From contig CAZOFV010000001.1 in assembly GCA_964579635.1 (NCBI GenBank), forward strand, positions 5,622 through 69,621: a stretch of DNA of 64,000 nucleotides, in the 5' to 3' direction. Positions 46,962 through 55,477 of this stretch are shown piece after piece. Numbering within the stretch: the stretch's first letter is position 1; each line of letters begins with the position of its first letter. The translations under genes were made by a program, and so were the position numbers. Below the pieces are notes generated by a model that was given only the letters and a program-made list of their open reading frames with translations, was not told the origin of the DNA and ran no database searches. The DNA is from an uncultured Candidatus Saccharibacteria bacterium. GTDB lineage: Bacteria > Patescibacteriota > Minisyncoccia > Phycocordibacterales > VMEP01.

Positions 46962-47035
46962 ATATAAAATTTAAATCTTAAAGGAACTTATTTTATTAAA
47001 AATGAAATTACCCATCTGTTAAGACGGGCTATTTC

Positions 47036-47299
47036 CTACTTTAGAGCTAATTTTTTAACGATAGAATCGTATCGTTTTTTGCTTTTTTTCTCCAAATACT
47101 TTAAATGTGTTCGGCGATCAGCAACAATTTGAATAAGCCCACGGCGAGAGTGGTTATCTTTCTGGTTTTTCTTTAAATGGGTAGCCAAATCAGTGATTCT
47201 TTTGGTCAAAATAGCAATTTGGACCTCTGCAGAACCAGTATCCTTGTCGTGAACCTGTGCTTTTGACATGATTTCAGCCTTTTTCTTCTTCGTTATCAT
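47036..47299 (-). CDS. rpsO: 30S ribosomal protein S15
   Basis: DTGSAEVQIAILT...HSRRGL...RRTHLKYL. A promoter-like TTGCAA-17-TATAGT sits only 7 nt before the ATG, suggesting a leaderless mRNA. Confidence 0.9.
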   Translation of the reverse strand: MITKKKKAEIMSKAQVHDKDTGSAEVQIAILTKRITDLATHLKKNQKDNHSRRGLIQIVADRRTHLKYLEKKSKKRYDSIVKKLALK

Positions 47300-47429
47300 G
47301 GCGCAAACTATAACAAAAAACCCCTATTTTTGCAAGGCCTGTGCTAGTTCGCACACATTACCCACGGCTCTTGACATATATATTTCCACATGTCAATATT
47401 TAACTAGTTTTAATTCTTTGGAGAACGAT

Positions 47430-47636
47430 ATGGGACTGAAGTTCAGCGAATTGCCCGCAGAAGCGTACTTCATCTGCGCCGACGACCTTGGCAATCGAGA
47501 AGGCGTGTATGTTTACCGGAAACGGAATCCGAGAGCAGGGATGTTTACGGAAGAATGCATTGATCATTTCAGTGGAAATACGGTCGCTAGACGCGTATTT
47601 CGTCCGGACACCGCAGTGTTCCGTGTTGCCCGGTAA
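47430..47636 (+). CDS. Hypothetical 68-aa protein encoded by the mini-cassette
   Basis: -35 TTGACA with a 17-nt spacer, then -10 CAATAT. SD GGAGAA 5 nt before the ATG. A strong terminator follows immediately. Confidence 0.5.
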   Translation: MGLKFSELPAEAYFICADDLGNREGVYVYRKRNPRAGMFTEECIDHFSGNTVARRVFRPDTAVFRVAR

Positions 47637-47637
47637 T

Positions 47638-47680
47638 GCCCGCCCAGAAGTCGTCGCTTCTCGGGCGGTTTCTGTTTTTA
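47638..47680 (+). terminator. Rho-independent terminator of the cassette ORF
   Basis: CCGCCCAGAAG..CTTCTCGGGCGG followed by TTTCTGTTTTTAT. Confidence 0.6.
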
Positions 47681-47844
47681 TACACAGGTGGTTAAAGCGA
47701 AGCAAAAATACTTATAGACGTACGACCTGAATCCGTTAGGGGTGCGTTTTCACCAAAAAACTTATAATAGCAACGGCATAATTTTGAATTAAAAAAGCCT
47801 TATTTTTGCAAGGCCTGTGCTAAAAACCATTTTTCTGGTTTATT

Positions 47845-48039
47845 TTAATGAAGTTCGTTGAAAGAAGTGTCTTTTTTAAGCTTTTTTAGAGCTTCGTTGA
47901 GTTCCTTCTCTTCTTCGGCTGTTAATTGTTGTGTCTCTGGGTATTGTTCTGCTTTTTTTTCAAAAAGATCTTTGCGCCCCAAAAGAGAAGCATCTCCGTG
48001 CGGCTCGTTTTCGTTTATTGGTAGTGATTCTAGTCCCAT
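47845..48039 (-). CDS. Hypothetical 64-aa protein
   Basis: ORF with TATAAT upstream and no SD. Weak. Confidence 0.3.
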   Translation of the reverse strand: MGLESLPINENEPHGDASLLGRKDLFEKKAEQYPETQQLTAEEEKELNEALKKLKKDTSFNELH

Positions 48040-48150
48040 ATTTGTATATTCGTGTAATTATATCATAAAAAAAATAAAGGTATCAGATTTTTCTTTCAAA
48101 AATAGATAACGTGCTTGGGTGACTGTCGTGGTAAAATATTTTACGACATC

Positions 48151-49074
48151 ATGACTCAAGATTTAAAGAGTTTAAAACAGCAATTTCTTGAATATATTGA
48201 AATTGAACGTGGAAGAAGTTTAAAAACTGTTCGTAATTACGATGCTTATCTTGAGCGTTTCCTTACTCAAACAAACGCTAAATATCCAAAAGATATAACC
48301 GATGACTCAATAAGAGAATTTCGTCTTTGGTTGAATAGACAAGAGGGTCGCCGTGAGCGCGGGATGAGTGCAGGAACGTTAAAAAAGAAAACCCAGAACT
48401 ATTATTTAATTGCTTTACGTATTTTTCTTAAATATTTAATGAAAAGAGGGATTGAAGCTCTTTCCCCTGATCGTATTGAGCTTGCAAAGGTAGCAGAGAG
48501 GTCGCTTGATCTTATTTCTTTAGATGAACTAGAGCGCTTACTTAAAGCTCCCGATGGCGGTGATTTAAAAAGCTTGCGAGATAAGGCTATTTTAGAATTA
48601 CTTTTCTCAACAGGGCTTCGTGTTTCGGAGTTATGTTCTCTTCCCCGCGATATCGACCTTCGTAAAGATGAATTTTCGGTACGAGGAAAAGGAGAAAAAG
48701 TACGAGTTGTTTTTCTTTCCGATTCGGCAAAAGAAGCAATTAAAAAATATTTAGCAAAGCGAGGAGATATGGAGGATGTTCTTTTTATTGGAACAGGAAG
48801 CGTTGGAAAAAAGAAAGGAGAAATAACACACCTAACGACCCGTTCGGTTGAAAGAATCGTTGCACAATATGCAATTAAGGCCGGTATCTCAAAAAAAGTA
48901 ACCCCACACGTTATCAGACACTCATTTGCCACAGACCTACTTGGTAATGGGGCAGATATTCGTTCTGTTCAAATGATGCTTGGGCATGCCAGTATTTCAA
49001 CCACACAGATTTACACCCACGTGACAGACAAGGCCCTCAGAGAAATACATAAGAAGTTCCACTCTAAAAAATAG
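48151..49074 (+). CDS. Tyrosine site-specific recombinase of the XerC/XerD family
   Basis: C-terminal catalytic region HVIRHSFATDLL...LGHASISTTQIYTHV. Start placed at the internal MTQDLKSL. Confidence 0.85.
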   Translation: MTQDLKSLKQQFLEYIEIERGRSLKTVRNYDAYLERFLTQTNAKYPKDITDDSIREFRLWLNRQEGRRERGMSAGTLKKKTQNYYLIALRIFLKYLMKRGIEALSPDRIELAKVAERSLDLISLDELERLLKAPDGGDLKSLRDKAILELLFSTGLRVSELCSLPRDIDLRKDEFSVRGKGEKVRVVFLSDSAKEAIKKYLAKRGDMEDVLFIGTGSVGKKKGEITHLTTRSVERIVAQYAIKAGISKKVTPHVIRHSFATDLLGNGADIRSVQMMLGHASISTTQIYTHVTDKALREIHKKFHSKK

Positions 49075-49084
49075 GAATATTTAT

Positions 49085-49117
49085 GTAAAAAACAGAAAAG
49101 ACGCCGTTTGGCGTCTT
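49085..49117. terminator. Bidirectional terminator between xer and the convergent small gene
   Basis: AAAGACGCC gttt GGCGTCTTTT. Confidence 0.5.
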
Positions 49118-49402
49118 TTAGTCTGGAAGTCCAGCGTACCACTCTACAGAACCACCGTCTTTTAGGACGAGAGAGACAAACACCTCCTCCATGCCGTATT
49201 CCGGAAAATTTTTCTCCACATAATCAATTATTTCGATAAGTGGAACACGTAGAGATACTTTCCTGCAAGATCTCCCGAAGTATAACGTCTTACCTTTTTC
49301 GCTTGAACAAATCCCCCAGTTGCCGTAGTCACAATTTTCCCCGTCCTCCTCCATTTGTCTCACTAGATGTTTGACGCTATAGGTGTGATTATTTAAGAAC
49401 AT
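49118..49402 (-). CDS. Hypothetical 94-aa Cys-containing protein
   Basis: ORF bounded by terminator and promoter regions; no homology recognised. Confidence 0.4.
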   Translation of the reverse strand: MFLNNHTYSVKHLVRQMEEDGENCDYGNWGICSSEKGKTLYFGRSCRKVSLRVPLIEIIDYVEKNFPEYGMEEVFVSLVLKDGGSVEWYAGLPD

Positions 49403-49456
49403 GTCGAACCTCCTTTTTTGTAATTTCTATATCTATCATATGCTAAAATAGAAAAA

Positions 49457-50230
49457 ATGAAAATAATCTCTTGGAATGTAAATGGTTTGCGGGCCGTGCA
49501 CCGTAAGGACTCATTTCTTTCTTTTATAAAGAAAGAAAAGCCAGATATTTTATGTTTACAGGAAACTAAAGCCGAAGAAGTTCAATTACCAGAAGAGATA
49601 AAAAATATTCCTGGATACTTTGGCTATTTTTCTCACTCAAAAGGACGGAAAGGATATAGTGGAGTTGGTATTTATACAAAAATAGCACCAGAAAAAATTG
49701 AAGAAGGAATGGGGATTAAAAAATTTGATGATGAAGGAAGACTTCTAGTTCTACACTTTAAAGATTTTGTACTTTTAAATGTTTATTTTCCAAACGGCGG
49801 AGGTGAACCCCATCGATTGAAATACAAATTAGATTTCTATGAAGAATTTTTAAAACATATCGAAAAATTAAAAAATAAAAATAAAGAAATTATTTTTTGT
49901 GGGGATGTTAATGTCGCACACGAAGCAATAGATATTGCAAGACCAAAGGAAAATGAGAACCAGATCGGGTTTTTACCAGAAGAGCGTGCTTGGATTGATG
50001 AATATATTGCGCATGGATATATAGATATTTTTCGTTATTTTAATCCGGAAAAACAAAATGCTTATACTTGGTGGGATATGAAAACTCGCGCTCGCGATAG
50101 AAACGTTGGGTGGAGGATAGATTATTTTTTTGCGTCACGCGGTTTATTAAAAAAAATTACGGGAACAAAAATACTCTCAGATGTTTTAGGTTCAGACCAT
50201 TGCCCGATTACACTAACGTTGAGTGATTAA
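49457..50230 (+). CDS. xth: Exodeoxyribonuclease III (AP endonuclease)
   Basis: Motifs WNVNGLRA, LCLQETK and SDHCP. Confidence 0.9.
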   Translation: MKIISWNVNGLRAVHRKDSFLSFIKKEKPDILCLQETKAEEVQLPEEIKNIPGYFGYFSHSKGRKGYSGVGIYTKIAPEKIEEGMGIKKFDDEGRLLVLHFKDFVLLNVYFPNGGGEPHRLKYKLDFYEEFLKHIEKLKNKNKEIIFCGDVNVAHEAIDIARPKENENQIGFLPEERAWIDEYIAHGYIDIFRYFNPEKQNAYTWWDMKTRARDRNVGWRIDYFFASRGLLKKITGTKILSDVLGSDHCPITLTLSD

Positions 50231-50272
50231 GTAGATAAAGGACACTTACATTAAATTTGTGTCCTTTATCTA

Positions 50273-51742
50273 TTATTTTACCCAGTGTTTTTTTCTTATC
50301 TCAGATACTTCCTTTGATTCCTCCTTCTCTTTTTTAGCCTTTCCTTCTTCTCCTAATTTCTTTAACTCTTCAATAGATAGTTTTATCATTTCAATTGAAC
50401 GTTTTTCTAGGTATTCAGTTGTGTTTCTTTCTGGTTCATCAAGTACTTCCTCAAGGAGGGCGTGTAAAACATAACCGATTTTAGGACCTGGAGTTTCATG
50501 TGTAACTTCCATAATACGTTTCCCGTCTATTTTTAGCATGGCAACCGATATCGGCGCACGCATCGCCTCTTCGATCATAGACTCATATTTTCTAAGCCGA
50601 TACGGGGTCTCTTTTGGCCTTCCCATGCCGATACGGTCGCAAGCACGAAGTTTCATTAAATCCCAAACATGTTCTGGTCCAACATTTTTCACGATACGCC
50701 TTACTGCCGATAAGGTTATTTTATCTACGTCTGAAAAAAATAAATGGTAACGCACTAGCTTTGAAACAACATCTACAATTTCTCGCGGAAAACGCATTCT
50801 TTCTAGAATTTTTTTTGTTACACGTGAACCAACTACGTCATGCCCATAGAAGGTATAATCTTTCTTTTCGTCAGACCAACGACGTGTTTCAGGCTTAGAA
50901 ACATCATGAAATAGAGCAGAAAGTCTCACGTGTAACGGCCATTCACGATCTGCTGAGTGTTGCAACGCCCTTAGGTTGTGCTCCCAGACATCATAGATAT
51001 GATCACCATTTTGTTTAACATTAATCCCAGCCTCTGTTTCAGGTGAAACATATTTAAGAATACCAAGTCGATTAGCTAAAACTATCCCAACCATTGGGTT
51101 TGGAGACATAATCAATTTAATGAATTCATCACGAATACGCTCTTGGGCAATTTTACCGAGGTTTTTAACGTTGTTTTCTAAGGCTTTTTCAGTCTCGCCG
51201 TTAATTATGAAACCTAATTCAGTGGCTAATCTGATAGCTCTGAGGACCCGAAGAGCATCTTCGGCAAATCTTTCCTCTGGGTTACCTACAGCTCTAATAA
51301 CTTTGTCCTTTATATCTTTTTGTCCGTTATACGGATCAACAATTTGTCCTTTAGTAATATCGTAGGCGATTGCGTTGATGGTGAAGTCTCGTCGCTTTAA
51401 ATCGTCTTCTAGTTTTTTACTAAAAACAACTGAATCTGGCCTACGGTAGTCGCTATACTTCCCCTCAATTCTGTATGGAGTTATTTCAACTACTTTTAAA
51501 GATTCATCTTCAGTATTTTCATTTACAACACCAACTGTTCCATACTCGTTTTCGTAAAATGTTTTTGGAAATATTTTAATAATATCTTCTGGTCTTGCGT
51601 TAGTTGTGAAATCCCAATCTTTTGGTTTTCTTCCTGCCAATACATCACGAACACAACCTCCAACTAGGTATGCCTCAAAACCAGCTTTTTCCAAAGATTC
51701 GCTTATGGCGCCTATGTTTTCTGGAATATTTTCCGGTTTCAT
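50273..51742 (-). CDS. cca: CCA-adding tRNA nucleotidyltransferase with HD domain
   Basis: GGCVRD.L, the DxD nucleotidyltransferase motif, and a central HD motif. Confidence 0.85.
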   Translation of the reverse strand: MKPENIPENIGAISESLEKAGFEAYLVGGCVRDVLAGRKPKDWDFTTNARPEDIIKIFPKTFYENEYGTVGVVNENTEDESLKVVEITPYRIEGKYSDYRRPDSVVFSKKLEDDLKRRDFTINAIAYDITKGQIVDPYNGQKDIKDKVIRAVGNPEERFAEDALRVLRAIRLATELGFIINGETEKALENNVKNLGKIAQERIRDEFIKLIMSPNPMVGIVLANRLGILKYVSPETEAGINVKQNGDHIYDVWEHNLRALQHSADREWPLHVRLSALFHDVSKPETRRWSDEKKDYTFYGHDVVGSRVTKKILERMRFPREIVDVVSKLVRYHLFFSDVDKITLSAVRRIVKNVGPEHVWDLMKLRACDRIGMGRPKETPYRLRKYESMIEEAMRAPISVAMLKIDGKRIMEVTHETPGPKIGYVLHALLEEVLDEPERNTTEYLEKRSIEMIKLSIEELKKLGEEGKAKKEKEESKEVSEIRKKHWVK

Positions 51743-51806
51743 TGTTTAAAAATTTTACTCCAGGTTTTGATATTTTCCTAATTTTCCTTATGATATATGG
51801 GATTAA

Positions 51807-51880
51807 GCCCCCGTAGTGAAATGGATATCACGACAGTCTTCGAAACTGTTATTCCAGGTTCGAATCCTGGCGAGGGCACA
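51807..51880 (+). tRNA. tRNA-Arg (anticodon UCG), no encoded CCA
   Basis: Hand fold: acceptor GCCCCCG/CGAGGGC with one mismatch; anticodon stem ACAGT/ACTGT, loop CTTCGAA; T-arm CCAGG TTCGAAT CCTGG. Confidence 0.7.
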
Positions 51881-51883
51881 TGA

Positions 51884-52035
51884 AGTGTGCTTTCGCAGCA
51901 AGCCAACTGCTTGGCTTGCGTCAGGATTCGAAAGCCGGAGCATGTCGCTCTGCGACAGCGAGGCGGGGTCGCAGGTTCTTTGTGTATGAGAATGTTTTCA
52001 TTCGAAGACACTTAGAAACCTGTGACCGATTCTAT
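51884..52035. repeat. tRNA-associated hairpin repeat, copy A
   Basis: Hairpins GCAAGCCAA ctg CTTGGCTTGC and GTCGC tct GCGAC, the core GAGGCGGGGTCGCAGGTTC, and a terminal GTGACCGATTC motif. Confidence 0.5.
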
Positions 52036-52108
52036 AGATTAACAATAAATATAAAAACATTTTTATTTGAACTTATCCTAATCTCTGTTAAAATACTTCG
52101 ATAAAAAT

Positions 52109-52179
52109 GCGGGTATGGTTTAGTGGTAGAACACGTCCTTGCCAAGGATGAGACGGGAGTTCGATTCTCCCTACCCGCA
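52109..52179 (+). tRNA. tRNA-Gly (anticodon GCC), no encoded CCA
   Basis: Acceptor GCGGGTA/TACCCGC, anticodon loop TTGCCAA, T-arm GGGAG TTCGATT CTCCC. Confidence 0.85.
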
Positions 52180-52189
52180 CAGCGAACAA

Positions 52190-52390
52190 AGTGAGCAAGC
52201 GTGTAGAGCAAGCCAACTGCTTGGCTTGCGTCAGGATTCGAAAGCCGGAGCATGTCGCTCTGCGACAGCGAGGCGGGGTCGCGACCTTCGTTGCGGAGAT
52301 TTATCGTAGCAGAAGAGTTGTGACCGATTATCTTTGATTTCGGAGTTATTAACGAGTAATCCGTGACCGATTCTCTCTTTCAGGATCTTC
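52190..52390. repeat. tRNA-associated hairpin repeat, copy B, with two trailing GTGACCGATT motifs
   Basis: Near-identical to copy A over about 75 nt. Confidence 0.5.
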
Positions 52391-52646
52391 ACCTTTACGG
52401 ACAATTTTTCACATAAATGAGCATATTTTGTAAAGAGTAATCTTATAAAAATAAGGCTAAAATAGGTCAAAAGTGGGGATAAGTCGGGGGACAATGTTAA
52501 TAAGAGACACTAAAATTGTCCAAGAAAACGACCTTTAAACGCCTTAAAATGGCTTTAAATAAGGGGATATTGTCTTTTTCCACAGAAACTGCTTATAAAG
52601 TTTCACGTGAAACTAAAAAGATGTTTATTTTGATATATAATCATAT

Positions 52647-53066
52647 TTGATGGATTCAAAAGTATTGAAAAACAAGGAGAGACAGCATGTTGGTAGGCTT
52701 GGTGAGGATATTGCTTGTCGTTTTTTAGAAGAAAAAGGTTTTAAGGTTATCGATAGAAACTACAGAAAGTTTATTGGAGAAATAGATATTATTGCCAAAA
52801 AGGACAAAATTTTATACTTTGTTGAAGTAAAAACTGTTTCTCGTGAAAACTTTAAAGAAGGTGAAAGTGGATTGAGTACTCAATATAGAGCTGAAGATAA
52901 TATTCATCCACAAAAGTTAAAGCGCTTAAGTAGAGCAATTAATGCCTATCTTTCAGAAAAAGTGGGAAATGTTGATTATGTTTGGCAATGCGATGCGATT
53001 ATTGTTAATTTATTCACTGCTAACAAGATTGCAAAAGTTAAGTATTTAGAAAATATTTTTGCGTAA
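52647..53066 (+). CDS. yraN: YraN/UPF0102-family predicted endonuclease
   Basis: GEDIACRFL...GEIDIIA...LYFVEVKT signature. Confidence 0.75.
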   Translation: MMDSKVLKNKERQHVGRLGEDIACRFLEEKGFKVIDRNYRKFIGEIDIIAKKDKILYFVEVKTVSRENFKEGESGLSTQYRAEDNIHPQKLKRLSRAINAYLSEKVGNVDYVWQCDAIIVNLFTANKIAKVKYLENIFA

Positions 53067-53124
53067 TTTTTTGTTTTTTGTGATAGGATTGATAAATTGT
53101 CGGATTGGAGGAGGTTTGTTTTTA

Positions 53125-53160
53125 CGGGGTGTAGTATAGAGGTAGTACGTCTGCTTTGGG
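53125..53160 (+). pseudogene. 5' fragment of tRNA-Pro (36 nt, up to the anticodon), a duplicate of the intact gene 75 nt downstream
   Basis: Identical to nt 1-36 of the intact tRNA-Pro, then diverges. Confidence 0.5.
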
Positions 53161-53199
53161 GTTAAGAAGATTTTTCGTTTAGTATTTTGGTTTCATCGT

Positions 53200-53270
53200 C
53201 GGGGTGTAGTATAGAGGTAGTACGTCTGCTTTGGGAGCAGATAGCCCGAGTTCGATTCTCGGCACCCCGA
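53200..53270 (+). tRNA. tRNA-Pro (anticodon UGG), no encoded CCA
   Basis: Acceptor CGGGGTG/CACCCCG, anticodon stem-loop TCTGC TTTGGGA GCAGA, T-arm CCCGAG TTCGATT CTCGG. Confidence 0.85.
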
Positions 53271-53349
53271 CGATGAAACTAAACGATTTTTAGAAATCTT
53301 ATTAACCGGAAGTCCGGGGGACTTCCGTGGAAATTTCCCGAAGAAATTT

Positions 53350-53381
53350 AGATAGCCCGAGTTCGATTCTCGGCACCCCGA
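53350..53381 (+). repeat. 3' fragment of tRNA-Pro (32 nt identical) plus a duplicated downstream flank CAATGTAACTAA
   Basis: Exact copy of the last 32 nt of tRNA-Pro. The flank is similar to that after the intact gene. Confidence 0.5.
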
Positions 53382-53439
53382 CAATGTAACTAAATGGTGT
53401 GTTAGAAACTCTTTGTAATCAGAAGTTCATTATAAACGT

Positions 53440-53592
53440 AACGAAGCACTGTAAGGGGTGAGCAGGCAAAGGGCTTTGCCTGCGTCCGGAATCGAAAGCC
53501 GGAGCGCGACGGCGCGAGGCGGGGCTGCGCAAAAATTTAGTAAAATTTTATGCGTAGCCGATTCTCGGCACCCCGACAATGTAACTAAGTAA
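53440..53592. repeat. tRNA-associated hairpin repeat, copy C, ending in a second tRNA-Pro 3'-end fragment (53558-53576) plus flank
   Basis: Hairpin GCAGGCAAAG..CTTTGCCTGC carries compensatory changes relative to copies A and B. Also has GAATCGAAAGCCGGAGC and a GCAAAAATTTAGTAAAATTTTATGCG palindrome. Confidence 0.45.
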
Positions 53593-53602
53593 CTAAGGTT
53601 TT

Positions 53603-54760
53603 TTAATCTATTTCGTTGAGCAATAAGAACATTAGTGGGATAGATAGATTTTCATGAAAATCTTTTTGAATCAAATCCAAGTCTTGTGAAATAAATGCAT
53701 TTAAGTTTTTTCCGGTTTCATCCTCTATTTTTCTATTGATATGACCAGGTGTAATAGCAAATAATTCTCTGGTGTTTGTTTCTTTTGTTTCTGTGCTTGT
53801 TGTAATAATCCCTTCAAGTTTTCCAGTTGAACGATTGACCACCGCCCCACCAGAAGATCCTTGTTGAGAAAGAATGTTTCCTTCAATTGAAATAATGTCT
53901 AGTAAAGCACCATCATGGAAGTTATATAATTCTTTAATAACCCCAATACTTGAGGTAAGAAAAAGATTTGTTTGAATTGTTACACCACCTAAAAACCCAG
54001 CAGGGTAAGCAGAAATTAAGACAGGAAGGCCACGCAACACATTTTCTGGGTCTATGTTTGGTTCGAGATAGGGGAAGGTGAGTGGTAATTGTTTTCCATC
54101 TGTTGTCCCAACAACACGAAGAAGGGCGAAATCGTCTTCACCTGTGCCAGTTGGCTTTTCTTGTTTGATAACTTTTGAATTTTCGGTTACCCATTTTTTT
54201 GAGACATAGATAGGTTCAATCAAAAAAGCTGGTGAAGCAGGGGAGCCTTGTCTTGCGATACAGGTTATATAATTTTTTACTCCGTAATCACGAAGTAGGA
54301 AGTATTGTCCAATGTGGGCATTTGTTAGGATAACTCCTTTATCGCTAATAAAGACCCCACTTCCCGATAATGGCTTGAAATCGCCACCATTTTGAGTGGT
54401 ACAAAGGATATTAACAATAGTACTGCGGGTTAGTGCGTTCAGTGGTTCAAGAGGGAGAATTTCAAGCGTAACGGTACGTGGGCTTGTTGAGGCGACAATA
54501 ACTGGTTCCGTTTTACTTACGGTTGATGTTTTTAGGTTTTTTGTAGTAGTTGTTGCGATTTTTTTTAATGAGTCTGTGGTTGTTGTTCCTTTTTCTGGGG
54601 AAGATGTAATTTTAGAAGTATTGTTTTCTTCTGTTTTTATAACATTTGGCGAGATTGTTGGTGTTTCTTTTTGGATATTATTTATCGGGAATATTGAAAA
54701 AATTCCAGCAATAATACCAATTAGGGTGTTTCTTAGTGCTGTTTCTATTATTTCAAGCAT
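53603..54760 (-). CDS. Membrane-anchored trypsin-like (S1) serine protease
   Basis: His region ILTNAHIG, DFALLRV, and GSSGGAVVN around the catalytic Ser. N-terminal TM segment. Confidence 0.75.
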   Translation of the reverse strand: MLEIIETALRNTLIGIIAGIFSIFPINNIQKETPTISPNVIKTEENNTSKITSSPEKGTTTTDSLKKIATTTTKNLKTSTVSKTEPVIVASTSPRTVTLEILPLEPLNALTRSTIVNILCTTQNGGDFKPLSGSGVFISDKGVILTNAHIGQYFLLRDYGVKNYITCIARQGSPASPAFLIEPIYVSKKWVTENSKVIKQEKPTGTGEDDFALLRVVGTTDGKQLPLTFPYLEPNIDPENVLRGLPVLISAYPAGFLGGVTIQTNLFLTSSIGVIKELYNFHDGALLDIISIEGNILSQQGSSGGAVVNRSTGKLEGIITTSTETKETNTRELFAITPGHINRKIEDETGKNLNAFISQDLDLIQKDFHENLSIPLMFLLLNEID

Positions 54761-54829
54761 TGATATGTTGTTGTCAGAATAAGTTTACTAAATATTACCT
54801 TATCTGATAATATGTCGGATACGTAGTTT

Positions 54830-54900
54830 GCGGGATTAGTTAAATGGTATAACTCCAGTTTTCCAAACTGGTGTCGGGAGTTCGATTCTCCCATCCCGCA
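54830..54900 (+). tRNA. tRNA-Gly (anticodon UCC), no encoded CCA
   Basis: Acceptor GCGGGAT/ATCCCGC, anticodon loop TTTCCAA, T-arm GGGAG TTCGATT CTCCC. Confidence 0.85.
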
Positions 54901-55037
54901 CACAGTAATACTAGGTAGTACTCAGTCGGACTAAGCACGAAATAGCCAAGAATCCCCAAAGAGGCCCCAATTGTTGCCTCTGTGGCATTTTCTCGCGCCT
55001 TCACCCAGTTCCCCTCAGGTGAGAACATATTCACCAT

Positions 55038-55205
55038 ATGGCACGCGTCACCGTTACCTTCTCGATCTCCCTCCCGCCAGAAATGGCAGAAGAACTTGAG
55101 AAAATTAGAAAGAAGGAGCATCGGACCCGCTCCGAGCTTCTGCGTGAAGCGCTACGTCGATATATTTCCGCCAGATCTCAGGACGTCCCCGCACCTGGGA
55201 TTTGA
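55038..55205 (+). CDS. Ribbon-helix-helix (CopG/NikR-N/ParD-like) DNA-binding protein, 55 aa
   Basis: MARVTVTFSISLPPEMAEELEKIRKKEHRTRSELLREALRRYIS is a classic RHH pattern. It overlaps the longer but unrecognisable ORF 54982..55263, which is in another frame. Confidence 0.6.
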   Translation: MARVTVTFSISLPPEMAEELEKIRKKEHRTRSELLREALRRYISARSQDVPAPGI

Positions 55206-55268
55206 ACTTTCTAAGAAATTCGTTGTCGTTTGCAGTAGGCGGTCTGCTTATGAAAGGGGGTGAGGGAG

Positions 55269-55472
55269 ATGGGATGGTTTGGATGGTCTACTGAAAAGGA
55301 CACAGGAGACGAGGTCAACGTCAAGATGGAAAAGAGTTCGAGTGACGCCTCGCACGTCCATTACATACGTTCTACCGACGGCGACAAAGCCGATCACTCG
55401 CATGTGGTCTATACAAAGGAGTCAGACGGAAGTCGCCACGCACACGGTTATCCGAGTAAGAGCAAGCGCTAA
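55269..55472 (+). CDS. Small His-rich hypothetical protein (about 67 aa; HxH, DHSH and HAH motifs)
   Basis: Strong SD GGGGGTGAGGGAG before the ATG. Immediately downstream of the RHH gene. Confidence 0.4.
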   Translation: MGWFGWSTEKDTGDEVNVKMEKSSSDASHVHYIRSTDGDKADHSHVVYTKESDGSRHAHGYPSKSKR

Positions 55473-55477
55473 CAGTC

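Larger units (their letters stand above)
47320..47822. mobile_element. ~0.5-kb GC-elevated mini-cassette (promoter, SD, 68-aa ORF, terminator) flanked by ~23-bp direct repeats CTATTTTTGCAAGGCCTGTGCTA (47320-47346 and 47796-47822)
   Basis: Direct repeats read from the sequence. The internal segment is about 50% GC against a ~35% background. The xer recombinase gene lies 300 bp away. Confidence 0.45.

Noticed and set aside
47268-47730. Extended 122-aa version of the cassette ORF (from 47268) and the overlapping ORFs 47400..47705(-) and 47488..47730(+)
   Set aside because: The extension runs through the direct repeat and the rpsO start region. The internal ATG at 47430 has a promoter and SD. 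The overlapping ORFs span the terminator hairpin.
51778-53384. ORFs 51778..52011, 51880..52104, 52032..52253, 52231..52494 and 53193..53384 in the tRNA/repeat region
   Set aside because: They overlap tRNA genes and hairpin repeats, are GC-repeat driven, and have no coding signal.
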